Source: Dicyema japonicum
Lineage: Eukaryota > Animalia > Dicyemida
Assembly: GCA_011109175.1 (NCBI GenBank)
Contig: RDEW01000077.1
Span: forward strand, 121,133 to 165,531
Direction: 5' to 3'
Length of the DNA: 44,399 bases
In this document: piece after piece, positions 1 to 12,729 of the stretch
Layout of the letters: every line of letters starts with the position of its first letter
How positions within the stretch are numbered: the first letter of the stretch is position 1
Position numbers and translations under genes: made by a program
The notes under the pieces: generated by a model
The model's input: only the letters and a program-made list of their open reading frames with translations
Databases searched by the model: none
What the model was told of the DNA's origin: nothing

Positions 1-2140
1 GAAAAGTTGAACTACAACGCATCTTGTTAACTTACTCACCAGACGCAAAGGCCACGTGCAACGGGAATGACATATATGTACAATTATTTTCCCTTAATCT
101 AGGCCTCATTGGAATCGAACATGCTTTTAGTTCTATACAGTTTTTCCTATAACCAAAGAGTGAAAAGATGGTTGCATATGGAACTAAATGGGAGACTTTG
201 TTTCAAAGTTACAAACTGAAAATATTGAAAGTGACTTTGAACAACTATTTGAAGAACGTTCTGATGAGTGACCTTAAAAAATTAAATTTTATAAGTGATG
301 TCGACCGCAAGAGGATTCGTCAGTTATGCAATATATCCAACTCGTAAAACCAGCGTTTAAATATGCACGTGTCTCTTACACCACATTCACGACAAATAAC
401 GTCAAACTTAACTCCTAAGAATAAAATGTTTTGCATAACGAGTTACCTGGAGACTTTTTCCTGCCTTTATTATAAGATTTTCTATCAATAACGACACTTC
501 GTCAACCAATAACGATAATAGTCAATCGTCTCATCAATCAAAACAGTGAGGCTTGTTTCCAGCAAACAATCAAATCGATTCCATCAGTTAGGAATAAAAG
601 CCGAAGAGTCTAGAGAACTTCAAGAGGTCACAACATTCGCAAATCGCCTAAATAAAAAACATCGCAAATATGGGAAAAATTTGGAGACGTTGAAGGACAC
701 CAAAAATTTATTGTTTTTGTTACATTTTATTACCTCAGGATCACTGGATTGAAAGAAAAAAAGAATGTCCTCAGCTAACTAAGTGGTCCCAGAACACGGG
801 GGTCTTGAACTTTCATTGAGTAAGGAGTCAACCTAGATTTTTGGGGGTTTTCAAGTTATTTGAGAATGATTTTCAGAGAGCCCTTTTGAAAGGCTGACCA
901 CTATACAAATTTCCTTCGTGGTTCAAGTAGAAGTGCTTCAGGAAAAATAAACTCAAAATTATGACCGATGACTCTAATGGCGTTTTCCTGAATTGCGGAT
1001 AACTTATGCAGGGAAAAAGAGGAAATTAGCATAGATCCGTTTTGACGTCATAAATTGACTTAGATAGTGGAGCAGCGTCTAGTGTTTATTTTGAGAGTTT
1101 TGAGATGATCTTTAGAACTGTCATTCTCCCAGTATGCGGCCACCAGCTTTTCGGCATTTCTCGCAAAAGATAGTTCTGGGTAGAATATTACTCACTATTA
1201 TGTTCTGCGTGATATTTAGGAAGATGTTTAGCTTTGTGTTGTAGTGCTTTTACATGTAGAAGGACTTCGTTGGGATACTTTGAGTCGTAATTGAGCAAAC
1301 CATTGGATCAGAGTGTCCAACTACCTATTGGCTGCTAGATGATCATCGGCGATGAGGACTATACCATCAGGGACACTAGGATTATATTTTTGTCAGTAGA
1401 TCGTGTCATCTCATGTTGCATGGATAGAAAGATGTCGTTGAAAGTGGAGAACCTTGGGGAATTTCTTATCAGAGAGGTGTCTTCACAAAATTGCATGATG
1501 TTCTTGTGAATCGATGTGTTGAAGGTTATAGTTATCAGTCTAGGATTCGAGGACCATCTGCTTTTGTTCAATGATGGAATCAAAATATATTGAGTTATTG
1601 ATTTATAGACTTCCGGAAGACATGATCCAACTATTGGATCCTTTTTCTTAATATTCTCTAGATCTTTGTGTCTTGGAAAAGTTTTTGAGATGCAGAGGCA
1701 TTTAATTTGATTGGAATATTTGAATGAAGATAGATCCATTTTGAGGTTCAACAGTTGATCTCCTGAGAGACTTATTTTGTGTTCCCAACCTATTTCTTAT
1801 AAGGTTTTCAAATGAGAAGTCAAAGGGGTTTATCAATATGTCACGTGGGAACTATTTGGATACTCAGGTTGACATTTAAAAATTTTCCTTTCTTATCATT
1901 GGCTTGTCCCAGGAACTAGACGGGATGATTAGCATTAAAGTCTTTGCAAATGAACAGGTAAGGTAAGAAATATCAAAGTGATGTCTTACTAAGTTTAGGA
2001 TCGTGCTATTAACCTCCTTTATATTCAGTTGAAGATTGGGCATGAGTTTGCACTTATGTCATTGACATAGGCTCTCTTTAGGATCAATCCATTTTAAAGG
2101 ATAGGGAAAGTACGCCAACACATCTGTGACACACGTGACA
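1..2140 (-). mobile_element. Decayed APE+RT LINE (copy A), runs off the left edge
   Basis: Minus-strand remnants with many stops and frameshifts: FICKDFNANHP (APE GDFNAHH motif) near 1910-1950, KKSPGN near 440-465, FGYRKN-type RT domain 2-3 remnant at 1-170. Confidence 0.7.
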
Positions 2141-2149
2141 TTAATATTT

Positions 2150-2410
2150 ATTTAATAGCCACGGATATACTGGAATAAGTTAAGAGCTAATCAACGTCAA
2201 TTAAGGTATATCCAGTTTTCATGGTCAGACTAAAAAGTATCCTTTCCAAGCATCACGTTCATCTATATTCCACATCTGATGGAGTATGGAGGAAAGTGAT
2301 TATTTTTTGGATGTCTAAAGGCACAAGACGTCTCCTAGACAGATGGGTGACATTACGCCTCTTAAGGCTCAGAATGAAGGCAATCTTCAATTCCTTAACA
2401 ATTAATATTT
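2150..2410 (-). mobile_element. Older diverged copy of the SINE-like family (second copy ~21640-21890)
   Basis: Shares aattaaggtatatccagttt, cctagacagatgg and the 3' tail gtatatccgtggctattaaataaat with the 10735-11036 family. Confidence 0.4.
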
Positions 2411-2432
2411 TTTGCATTTTCCTGATATTTAT

Positions 2433-3804
2433 TGTCACCGTCCGTACGTGGAACTCCGCCATACGTGGAACTCGACAAGAACCAATCAAAATAATAATTA
2501 ATTCTCTGGATAATTCAGATTTTTCTGAGTTTAATGGTGTAATTTTTAGTTAAAGTCGTTATTATTTAAAAAACATAAAGTAGCAAAAAAGACAGTCAAT
2601 AGGAATAGAGTGTCAATTTAATGATATTTTATTATTCTTAATTAACAAAAAACTTTATTAATATTAAAAAAAATTATTTTATTTCTACACATGGTTTTAA
2701 GCTTCAAGTTGAACATTGATGAGTTGAGTCAGATAATCGAATATTTTGAAAATGGATATCTTGATGCGTCGCTTTCAAGAAAGAGTATATTTTTGGAATA
2801 CCAAGATTACCATGGGTTCAAGGCCAGTTTGAGAGTTATCATTTATAAAATAATGTATAGTTAAATCAATATCTTAAAAAATGGTTATCATCCGTTTCTT
2901 CTACTGAAGGAATTCTAGGAAAATATCAATGCAGTCTGGGAGATATTGTATTCAGCTACAATATTACCAATCACGAGACCTCCAAACATCTCCCTTCAAG
3001 ATTTCTAATGGAGTGGATTATCCGCCACAAATATCTGATGAACGTTTAAATAGATTACTACAGTATGTAGAAGATGAAGACTTATCTTTGTCACGGGATT
3101 TTGCACGAAGGCATACTTTGGAAACTGTAGAAAAAATGCGAAAGAAAAAAAGATGGAAAATGACGAAGAATCGTTGAATGTAGTAGCAGAGTCATTCTAC
3201 GCAATGGACTGTGATTACAATCAAACAACGAAAAATAGTCTATTATATGAGCAATTGACACTACAGGTTATCTAGTAGTGGATATAAAAGGGATTATGGT
3301 CCACATAGATGGTGGCAACTCTGGAATAATGATAGTCCACCATAGCCGAGTTAAAAATTATTTTAATTGACTTTCCTTCCAAGAAATATTTTTTAATCAT
3401 TTTGGCTTAACGTGGAGATTAGATTTAGTTGTTGATTAGGCATTGATTATTGTTGAAAATTGCTTTAGGGATGAGATCACACTTAGGTATTTTTATGAAA
3501 GGGATTTGAATTCGTCAACGTTATGGTTATAATTAGACTTGGATAGTCAAGGGATAGGGTTTATGATATTTTTAGGTTTATGAATAAAAATTACGGTTTA
3601 AAGTTAGGGTTTATATTTAGGGATAAGGATTAGGTTTAGGCATTAAAATTAGGGATAAGGGTTTAGTTTAGGGTTAGGTTTTGGGTTTAACGGAATATTT
3701 AACTAAATAAATTGGTTTTTTTAACTAAATAAAATGATTAGAGTCAGGAAAAATGTTATAAAAATGCAATAAAATCGATAGAGTTCCACGTACGGACGAT
3801 GACA
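2433..3804 (+). mobile_element. Ginger/TDD-like non-autonomous DNA transposon (TGT...ACA), family 1, copy A
   Basis: 24-bp TIR tgtca(c/t)cgtccgtacgtggaactc with 1 mismatch; 5-bp TSD TTTAT at 2428-2432 and 3805-3809. Internal remnant GDIVFSYNITNHETSKHLPSRF resembles the integrase C-terminal AYNTxxHxTTxxSPF motif. Confidence 0.85.
3596..3690 (+). repeat. Degenerate TTAGGG-like tract inside the Ginger-like element
   Basis: C-poor G/T tract with perfect ttaggg at 3604, 3617, 3649 and 3668 plus variants; about 115 bp inside the right TIR. Confidence 0.7.
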
Positions 3805-3952
3805 TTTATTATTTCAGGAACCCCCAAATGGTAGGGAGAAGTTGATGCCTATTTTCGTTCTTTTCGGAGAGGATGATACTTTTCGGGTGAGCCATAAGAC
3901 ACTAAGTTAAGCACAATTCTAAATTTTTGCCCTAATTTTTTTAAAAGCAAAG

Positions 3953-6900
3953 TAATAATAATAATAACAACACAGAGACCACGGTTACAAAAACTCAGTA
4001 CGCGCTATCTGAGACCTCAACTTGGCTCGATGTTCCTCCCTCGGCCCTCCGATGGTCACATCATCCAGGAACCACACAAGCAAGTATCGGCCGAATGATT
4101 GGATCTATGTAGTCACGACGGCGCCTTCCACATTGGGAGAGAAAGACATTTGAATGTCAAAAGTCACTCCAAGGATTTTTTGAGATCTGCTAAAAGAGAT
4201 AACTCTATGATTTGCTTTCTGATCGACCGTCCGTCTTTCCAGTCTCTTGCCTGATGTAAATAGAGTTGTCGTGGATTTTTCACTGCTGGTAGCTGGCGAT
4301 TTTTCGATAGCCTTTATACAAGACTGTCCAGATTTTGTGCAATATCGAACTACTAATCTGGATGTACTGTTTACGTTACATAATGACATCGTCGTCGGCA
4401 TAAATCAGAAAAATATCATTTTCTAGGTCCGGTGTGGGGGTGATCCTCCATGAATAGATTATTATTATTATTTAAGCCAAAGAAACACCGTCTTAACCAA
4501 TAACTAATATTCAGGTGATCCCGGCATCTCTCAATAATCGGGCCATTTTTTCTCGATGCTCCGACCGTGACCCCACGCATTTTCTATACGGACGGGGTCT
4601 TTTTCCTTTCCTCTTCTGAAATTGCCTCCAGTTGCCTCTATGATAGACTCGAGTGCTCTGTGGGCAATTTCTTTATCTGTATATTTTTCTAGTAACTTTT
4701 TTGCTCTTGACTGGATATCTTGAATTTTTGTTAGGTTCGTTGCCGACAGGTTAGATCCCCATGCAGCACATGCATAGCCTATTGTTTGCTCGACATACTG
4801 CTTGTAGAGGGTCCCGATACCTGGCGGATAAATTCCTCCACAGTTCCAAAGGAAGGCCTTTACAAAATTGATCTTCTTTGCACAGGTTGATATGATAGAT
4901 TCCACATGGGCTGAGAAGCAGAGGAAAGTATCAAAAGTTACTCCCAGTATCTTCTGCGATTTCTTTTGTGGTATAGGTACTCCATTTAACGTGACATCAA
5001 TTGTTTGCGTTCCCATCTTTCTATTCTTAGTAAATAGATTGAATAGTAATGGAGACAAAGGGGATCCTTGGAATATCCTCCTCTGAATGATAATTTTTTA
5101 TAATTAAAAACTTGAATTTATAATTAAATTAAAATAATATTTTAAATCTAAAAAAATTGTTGGTAGTGAATTAACTAAAGAATACGTCCCTCCCTTCATA
5201 ATTGAACGTACAACCTATTTTTGCGAGAAATGCCAGACAATTGTAGACAAATGTATCAAAATTGACAATGAACTTAGTGACATCAACGGAAAATTCAACT
5301 AAAAGTGCGGTGATTTCTCTAAATGGTTGGATTCGCACATTTTGGTTATGAGAGACCAGTTGGATCCCTTTCTTGTGGCATCTACTTAGCCAACGAATGT
5401 ATTTATCATTTCATTTACAAGTAGATGATATGTTCTGTATTTGATGCTATTTCATTCATATCCAAACTGGAGTCGTTCATGAAACTTTTTTAATCCATTG
5501 CATTTTTTTGTATCTAGAAAGAGGAATTGTTCACTATGTGGATCAACATGAAAGGATATCTTTTAAATTATAGCTTTATGTTGATTCGAGGGAATAGTAA
5601 AATAAATGTTCTCAAGTTCAATTTGTTATCCAATGTCCTCATCTAGTGCTCGATAGTACTCAGTATCCACTAATGGATTGGTTTCCTGAACTGCAAGGAC
5701 TGGTTATCCAACCTTTCTCCTGGTTCTGGATGGACTTCTAAGAAAACTATTAACTTTTTTCATGTATTCGAATTTACCTTACGGAGGAGATGCTCAATGC
5801 CTGGCCGGAATCAAGAGGATCCAACTATTCTTCCCCAAGGGACAACGTCGAATAACTCTCACCAAATATAGCCATGGTGGGCTAAGATGTGTTCGAGGTG
5901 GACACTTCCATGGAAGACCAAGCATAACTCACCATTATAACCTGATTTTGTTGCACATGTGTGGTTATAAGTATTATGACTCGTGAAAGTTCTTATTACT
6001 GCTCAGTGCTAACTGGTCACAAAAACCATTCGATTTTCACTTTATTGAGATGGCTTTGTGATATCCCTTTCTCTTCAGACTCCTTTCTAACAATCCTCAG
6101 GATAAATGTTCACTATCCGCAACACCTATCGATTGTAAATCCCAAAGTGAAAATTGCACTTATATATTGGTCGAAGCTTTCTAAAATAGTCCCTACTCCT
6201 GTTTTCTAGGATACTCTTTACTCATGAAATGATCGGCTGGAGGATCTGGTAAAATATTCTTTACAATCGTGAGGAACGGACCGATGGTTGGGGAATATAT
6301 TCTGATTGCTGAACGAACTGGATCTTTAAACGATCGAAATGCTCATTTCAGTACCCCAATCCGAAGAAAGGATAGCTCTACTTTTCTAGATATGTCATCT
6401 TTGGCAAGTATCTTTCATGGAGCGTCTGATATGCTTTCTCTTATGGTCATAACTTGCTTAAGTTAAGGTTCCAAAGATCTCTTTGTGTGCAGAGGTTCAT
6501 TCCGAAACTACCTTCTCACTTGGCCTCATAAGAGAAAGATTTACAAGAACGTAGATGGAGAACTAATACTCTGTAGGTTTCGTGTAGTCACTCAATTCGA
6601 TGATCTCCTAGATAATCAGTTAACCACATTCACAAGTCGAGTCGCATCACTAATGTTTTTGACGTAAAAACTGGTTTCGGTGTTGTGGACATATTACATT
6701 CCTTCGACTTTTCAACCTCTCGGCATACTCGAGCCACAAACTATGGATTGCAACTTTCTCATCCGGGCAACGTGAAATGGCTTTTTATTATAAAAAAGTC
6801 AAGATCTCGACTATCATCAAATAAAGATCCTCATAGCCCCCCACTTTCACCTATACTTCCAACTTATACCATGAATTTATGGATCAGAGTTCTTTGTGTG

Positions 6901-7090
6901 GCTCGGTTAATATGTGGCTTAGTGTATAAAGTTCCGGAAAAAAAACGTAAGATCTCTGTTCGAATCCCGCTGCTGTCCACTCAGCTGAAAGTTCCACGCA
7001 TCTGCAATGCTTTGGGGTTGACGAGTGACGCCGTTATCAGTGTCTCATCACTGTGGAACTGGATTGTCTTCGTGACTCACACACAATAAG
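3953..7090 (-). mobile_element. Decayed APE+RT LINE with (TTA)n-type 3' tail (copy A), interrupted by a younger LINE
   Basis: Tail tgtaaccgtggtctctgtgttgttattattattattac (reverse complement of 3953-3996); KSTTTLFT...QKILGVTFD at 4105-4401; RIFQGSxLSPLLFNL at ~5035-5085; VLRIVNIY APE-like remnant near 6100-6130. Confidence 0.7.
4461..5032 (-). mobile_element. Young 5'-truncated LINE (RT thumb to C-terminus), present only in copy A
   Basis: 8-bp TSD aatagatt at 4453-4460 and 5033-5040; (TAA)n tail; open frame LNGVPIPQKKSQKILGVTFD...YACAAWGSNLS. Copy B shows the empty site ccatgaatagattgaatag at ~23929-23947. Confidence 0.9.
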
Positions 7091-7899
7091 TCAATAATAC
7101 TTTCAATGTCTCTGATATGGCTTGGATTAATTAATTAACATTACTCTTTTTAAAATAAAGCGCGAGTTCTGCCTAAGGTGGGATTACGTAATGGAAACAT
7201 TACCCACTCTTGCCGGGAGGGCTGTTTAAAAAAATTCTTCTTTTATTCGTAAGTGAAATCAAGATATCAAAAGATCCTTGATTTCACTTACTATAATTAA
7301 GGACTTTTCACCTCATCTTGAAAAAGTCATGACTACCTCCTAAAAACTGCGTTGACCCTTGAACGCTCTAATGATAGGATACTCCTGATCTGCATGGAAT
7401 TTCGACCTTTCCCTTCGAGGATTGAGAATACCAATTTAATCCAATGGAAACCTTCCGTCTTCCTTTATTCCCCATCTCTCGTCAACCTTATATCAGAAGA
7501 GTCCACAAGAAACAACGGTCTTTTATACGTCTCTGCAAACAACCAGGAAACCTATTTTGAAACAAAATCGATCATGCAGATGAACACTAATAGAAACTTC
7601 ATAGTTAAAAGCAACACAGTTAAATTATAAATCAAAGATTTAATTGATAAAGGTTTGATAAATCCTGCACTTTCAATAATGAAGAAATATTAATATAAAC
7701 AAATATTATTTTATCTTATTTAAAATATAAGAATATATCAAAATATAAAGCGTACGCCCACAAGGAGCAATGATAACGTTTATGTAATAAATTATTGATG
7801 ATGGTTGACCATATTAAAATATATATTTTAATTAATATAATTAAATAAATTATTTTATTAATTTGAGTCATTATTGTGGCTATTGTTAATTTTGTATGT

Positions 7900-9400
7900 T
7901 TGTCAATTCACTAATAGATAGCCACCGGTTTCATTTGATCCATAGAAAATTTAAATATATAGACAACAAGAAATACATTTTTTATCTATACTCAGACAGA
8001 GAAATCTAAGAATTTCGGGACTCTCATGTATCTCTCCTCTCTTTTTCTAAACATATACTTTCAGTCGAAAAGTAGATTTAAAGGCATTTTTAATGTCAAG
8101 GATCCAGTTCTAACAAGAATTTGTATCCACCTTGTACAATCAACTCCTAAAACTGACGGTGAAGCACGTCTGTGACTCCTGGGTTTATGTAGTCACAGTT
8201 TATATTTATGACAATATAAATTCTTCAGAAGGAATTTGTCAATCAAACTGTCCTACTTAATTCTTCTCTCTCCTTTTTGACCAGTTTGCAATCCAAATAT
8301 ACTGGGTCTGTTTTCTTTAGTCTCTTCTATGTTGAATGATTTTTCTTTCGATCAGAGATAAAAATTAAAAAGGTATAGCAGAATGCAAGTAAAGAACGTG
8401 TTTGACAACAATACAATCCACAGTGGTGTTGCTCTTCGGATTGGCCTTGTCGTCTATTTGGAACACCGATGTCGATGTTGTTGCATGGTTGACAAGAAAA
8501 GACTACACCTGCTGTCATGCAGATGGAACCCCGGAGATTTCCTCTGAGAGCTATCGAAGACGCCGTGTTTATAATCTTCAAATTTTTTTAGTAAGAGGGC
8601 TTTCAATAAATTCGCAATTTCGTGCAATATTGAATGAGTTATTAAAAGCTCTAAAAATCATGAGAAGAGAGAAATCGAAGAGGAACCGCAAAAGAGTGGA
8701 TCATATTACCCCTTACATAGTAATAGCCCCATTGGAAAAGTCAGATTGTGAGCGGATATGCCTGTAACGCTAAGGAAGGCCAATTCCTGGACGTAGCCTT
8801 TCCACCTTTGTTGGGGTATTCTCTCTCTTGAGATGTAATAAGAACAAAATGCGAGTTCTTCTTATTCCCCCGTCGTCTGGGGTGAACTCCAAGACACCAC
8901 ATAAAATTATTGAGAGAAGGAGATATGCAGCACTATACGACTGATCAACTCTTATCATTATAGGAGTGAGCACAAGAGTCGAGTTGAAGAGGTCCACATG
9001 ACACAAGAACATTGTCTCAGTAGGGACTTGTCAATCCGAGAGTTACCCCTCCTAAGTTTTTTTCCTATTACCCCGACACATAATTTTTATTCTGACAGTT
9101 GCGTGAAGAATCATAAGAGGCCACGTGGAAAGGCTATCGAGAAGTTAAGGTGTATTACCACTGAGTCTGTAAGACAAGGATATGCCGACTATCAGCCTTT
9201 ATGGGAAATACTAGTTCTGTCTCTTTGATCTATCGTTGCAGGTGATCGAAATATTGTTCTCCTCGATCTGTTTATGCTCTCGTTTGGTAAATTAAAGAGG
9301 ACATCAGGAGGTGAGTTACAATAACAAGCGGCGAAAACGTAGAGACACGCACCGGATATGCTTACTCACTGGTCACATAATAGACAACTCATTGGTCACA
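7900..9400 (-). mobile_element. Heavily decayed RT element, possibly the N-terminal/RT part of a CRE-like element
   Basis: LDIKNAFKS (RT domain 3, LDxxNAFNS type) at ~8085-8110, followed by SPEILRF; a CxxC remnant near 9370-9390. Many stops. Confidence 0.35.
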
Positions 9401-10329
9401 TCGAGCAAGTCATAGTTACCCCCTCCTAATTGACATAGTCATAAACCCCTGTTTGATGTTTACGTCATTAATAAATTGTGTGGAAAACCAAGATGAGTGA
9501 GAGGTTGCCTACATCGAGGCTGTGACTAACATCGAGCGGTTTTGTGCTGCGATGACGTACAATGATTACAAATAAACTCGGTTTTTGAAAGTTTTTGTGA
9601 AAAATAGAAGCATAATGTATGGTTTATGGTTAAATTCAATTTTGGTTCACCATAGACTTATGTGACTTGTTGATCTCTTGAGCATTCAATAGAATTCCAG
9701 ACCTTTTCAAAGAGGGGTTTCTCGTGTGGACTTTCTAAACAAATGGGTGTTACTTTTTTGGCAAAGAAAACTTGAGCATCGTATAGAACAAGTTTTGTAA
9801 CTCCGATTGACTATTCAATCATATGTTCTCCAGTCTCATCTTGTTCAATCTATAAACTGCAAAAAATCCTCTTCAGAACGATAAACGAGTGAACAAGGAT
9901 CAAATAAAGTGGAACAACCGTGCTTATTAATGTCTCGAGTAACTCGGACATAAAGAAGCGGGAAAATTTTTCTTTATTGATCAAACTTTGTAATAGTTAT
10001 CCCAAGAATTTGTAATAAGCATTCCCGAAGAAACGAAAGTCTATGAAACTGATGACAGCAAGGAAAGCTTTTTCCAAAATTTGTTTTTAAAATTAGTTAC
10101 TTGTAGTGTTTCTTAATTAATAGGGTCACTTTTTCAATCAATAGCGTAAAAAACAAGCAGTTAGTTGACTAAACAATGCAACAAACAACACGGCAAGAAT
10201 GAATATGATCATTATAGATTGATTTATTAAGTCTAGTCAAATTTTGATTTAACTAAATTAATATTAATTTATTTCTAAAAATTGTTTTTAGCATAAGGCG
10301 AACCTTTTAATACATCAATATCAAAAATT

Positions 10330-10630
10330 TTGGAAAAGCTAAATTTTGAACTATTCAAACCATACCTTCCTGATGCACTTTTTCAACACGGATTCAGTAA
10401 AGGGCACTTCACAGAAATGCATCTTACTTGCCTTACAAATTTCATCAAGAATGACCTAAAACGCAAACCTCATCAGAAGTCACTGATGTGCTTTATCGAT
10501 GTAGAAAAACTTTCGACACTGTCCCAAGAAAGCTTTTGATAAAAAAGATCTTTACGTCAAAAATCCCAAACAACCTGAAAGTCTGGATTGCTAATTTCCT
10601 ATATGGAAAAAAGAGAAAGAGTGACTGCTG
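10330..10630 (+). mobile_element. LINE RT fragment (domains 2-3)
   Basis: FQHGFSKGH...MCFIDVEK, then a frameshift to LKVWIANFLYGK. Confidence 0.75.
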
Positions 10631-10734
10631 GAAAAACCTTACCTGTTTTTATTGTTAACACAGCCAAAATCAACATGTTTTGAATTTTGATCGCCAAAAA
10701 CAACGTAATTGGGGTTTTTGTCAAAAACTGTCTT

Positions 10735-11036
10735 AATTTATTTATTTATTAACCCGGATACACCGAGAAAAAAGTTAAAGTAAACAACTAATTAAGTGTA
10801 TCCAGTTTCCACTTCTACAGAAACAGTGTACATCCGGAATCAGCATAAAAGGTAAGACGTCCATTACATGCAGTTGTGGAAACCCCTCCAGTGGAGTGGG
10901 GAAGAGCAAATGAGCCTTTTTCATGCCGGCCTGGCACTGGGCGTCACCTAGACAGGTGGATCACATGACACCACTCTATTAGGAAGAGAGAGGAGGAACA
11001 GAGAAGCAAGCAGAAAACTTCAACCAATTAACCACG
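10735..11036 (-). mobile_element. Full-length SINE-like element (~300 bp) with a candidate tRNA-derived head
   Basis: 7-bp TSD ctgtctt at 10728-10734 and 11037-11043; (AATA)n tail; 5' end cgtggttaattggttgaag shared with the copy ending at ~28827; at least 4 clear copies in the window. Confidence 0.8.
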
Positions 11037-11169
11037 CTGTCTTCCACAACAGTTTAATGTGATCTTTACACACCACAACAGTTTAATGTGATCCTTACAA
11101 AATAATTTTTCCGTTAATTTTAAATTTTTTTTATTTTAGTGACAATTTATTAATTACAATTAAAAAGAG

Positions 11170-11400
11170 GGCAAATGGTCATACAGTATGTAGATCCAGT
11201 CAAATGTCGTTTAGTAATGGCTGTCAAAAGGTAAAGCATTAATAAGAGTTTTCGAGTTAAAGAATAAGATGTCGAGAAATTCTGAAAATATTTTATCGTC
11301 GAAGACAAATTGAATTCTTTAAAAATGAAAATCAGTTTTTGGAGAAAAAGGTTTTAGATGGAGATGAGAGATTATACAATGTTTCCTAATTCTAATGGTT
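11170..11400 (+). mobile_element. hAT (Charlie/ZBED5-FAM200-like) transposase fragment
   Basis: WLSKGKALIRVFELKNKM and KLNSLKMKISFWRKR...YTMFP remnants. Confidence 0.6.
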
Positions 11401-11439
11401 TATTTTATATGTTTTTTTAAATTAATTAATTATTTAACA

Positions 11440-11707
11440 AAGAAACAAATGTTATTTAGGGAAGCCGGCTGCGTGGATTGCGAACGAGTTCCGTCGGAGA
11501 ATGGCCATTCCATTTTTTGTCTCAGCCATAACCCTTCTCGTTGATCCCTTTTCTTTCTGGCAAGCATTCCTCCGAGTTCGCGCAAGAACTCAGCCGTCAT
11601 TGGACCAACGGCTCTCGATGACTCGACCTCAACAGGAGTAAATCGGTCCCCGAGGAAAGAATATTTCTTGATTTTTAGGTTTTCCGTGGTCGAAGCAGCT
11701 GCTCCAG
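11440..11707 (-). mobile_element. CRE-like non-LTR element 3' end (RLE domain)
   Basis: KIKKYSFLGDRFTPVEVESSRAVGPMTAEFLRELGGMLARKKRDQREGLWLRQK, then a frameshift to MAILRRNSFAIHAAG. Confidence 0.75.
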
Positions 11708-11944
11708 GCGTTTAATTTGTCCATTAAATTACCAATTTTGTCCTCACTTTTACGTATCTGAAAAAATTTAATATTTTATTTTTGATGTGTGCCGTGGATT
11801 ATTTTTTACGATATTAGTGTGTCCAATAATCATTTTCTGAAAACCTCTTGTCTACAGGCATCACAAGCAAAAATTACGTTAAGAACATTTTTTGTCTTTC
11901 TTTAATGATTAGTCCTTGTCCTTATAACTGTTCTTTACTCTAAA

Positions 11945-12200
11945 ATAAGGTGTGTGTCATGCGAATCACCTGTCCCAGGTAGCAATCACAACAGGCTGGC
12001 ATGTAAATGATCATTTGCTCTCCCCCACGCCACTGGAGGGGTTTCCACAATTCAAGGAATGGACGTCTTCTACTTTTATGCTGCTTCCGGATAGAGTTGT
12101 GTGATATTGGAAGGATTCTGTTTCTGTGACAGTAGGAACTGGATACACTTAATTGGTTGTTTACTATTTAAGTTTCTGAGTGCATTTTGGGTTAATAATA
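11945..12200 (+). mobile_element. SINE-like family, diverged copy
   Basis: Reverse complement matches 10735-10970 (ccactggaggggtttccacaa, ggaactggatacacttaattggttgtttact, gggttaataataat tail). Confidence 0.7.
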
Positions 12201-12289
12201 ATCTCCTCAATGTGGATATAGACACTTTTCTCCCTTCTTAATGGACTGTTGTGATGATTCAACCTTCCAAGCAGGCCTCTCTGCATAAT

Positions 12290-12650
12290 TAAATTTATTT
12301 ATTGAACCAGAAAACACCATCATAGCCAGAATAAAAAAATCAGATTATCCCGGTCTCCCACAGCAATCGGACATGAGGAAAGTGCCGTCCAGGGGAACTT
12401 CTCTGGATGGTTGTTGACTAATGGTCCTTTTTGGATATAATTTATGATTATATCTGTCGCCACCAGAGATGGTGAATCTCATGACGCACGCTAACAATTC
12501 AAGCTCCCTGGAGCCAAAAGGTTAAAGGAGGAACAGATGAAACTAAAAACTTTCAATTCAGGTAGTCATACACACCACTCTAACGTTGCAGACACGTGGA
12601 ATAGTTGGTGCCACATTGAATTATAAAATATTGATTAAAAAGATTTAAGA
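12290..12650 (-). mobile_element. Decayed LINE 3' end related to the 4461-5032 family
   Basis: 3' UTR aaccagaaaacaccatcatagcc...cagattatcccgg resembles agccaaagaaacaccgtcttaacc...caggtgatcccgg at 4475-4525; (AATA)n tail. Confidence 0.45.
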
Positions 12651-12729
12651 TTAACTTGAAATTTATTAATAAAATTAAATTATTAAAAAATATTAAACTC
12701 CGATAGAATTCCATTGCAGAAATAAAAGA

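Larger units (their letters stand above)
1..7597 (+). repeat. Segmental direct duplication, copy A (probably extends left of the window)
   Basis: Colinear with 16248-26485: gaaaagttgaactacaacgc at 1 matches gaaaggttgaactacaacgc at 16248, and homology ends at aacactaatagaaac (7597 / 26485). Four 60-nt spot checks gave 6, 4, 3 and 0 mismatches. Confidence 0.95.

Noticed and set aside
3596-3690. True telomere or chromosome-fusion site
   Set aside because: The tract is short, degenerate, single-orientation and enclosed by TIRs with a TSD. It is duplicated together with the element.
4531-5058. 175-aa ORF as a genuine protein
   Set aside because: It is a chimera of two nested LINEs across a TSD, and its start is a non-ATG codon in the host element.
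8402-8767. 121-aa ORF with a signal-peptide-like N-terminus
   Set aside because: No recognisable domain, a non-ATG start, and it lies antisense within a probable decayed retroelement.
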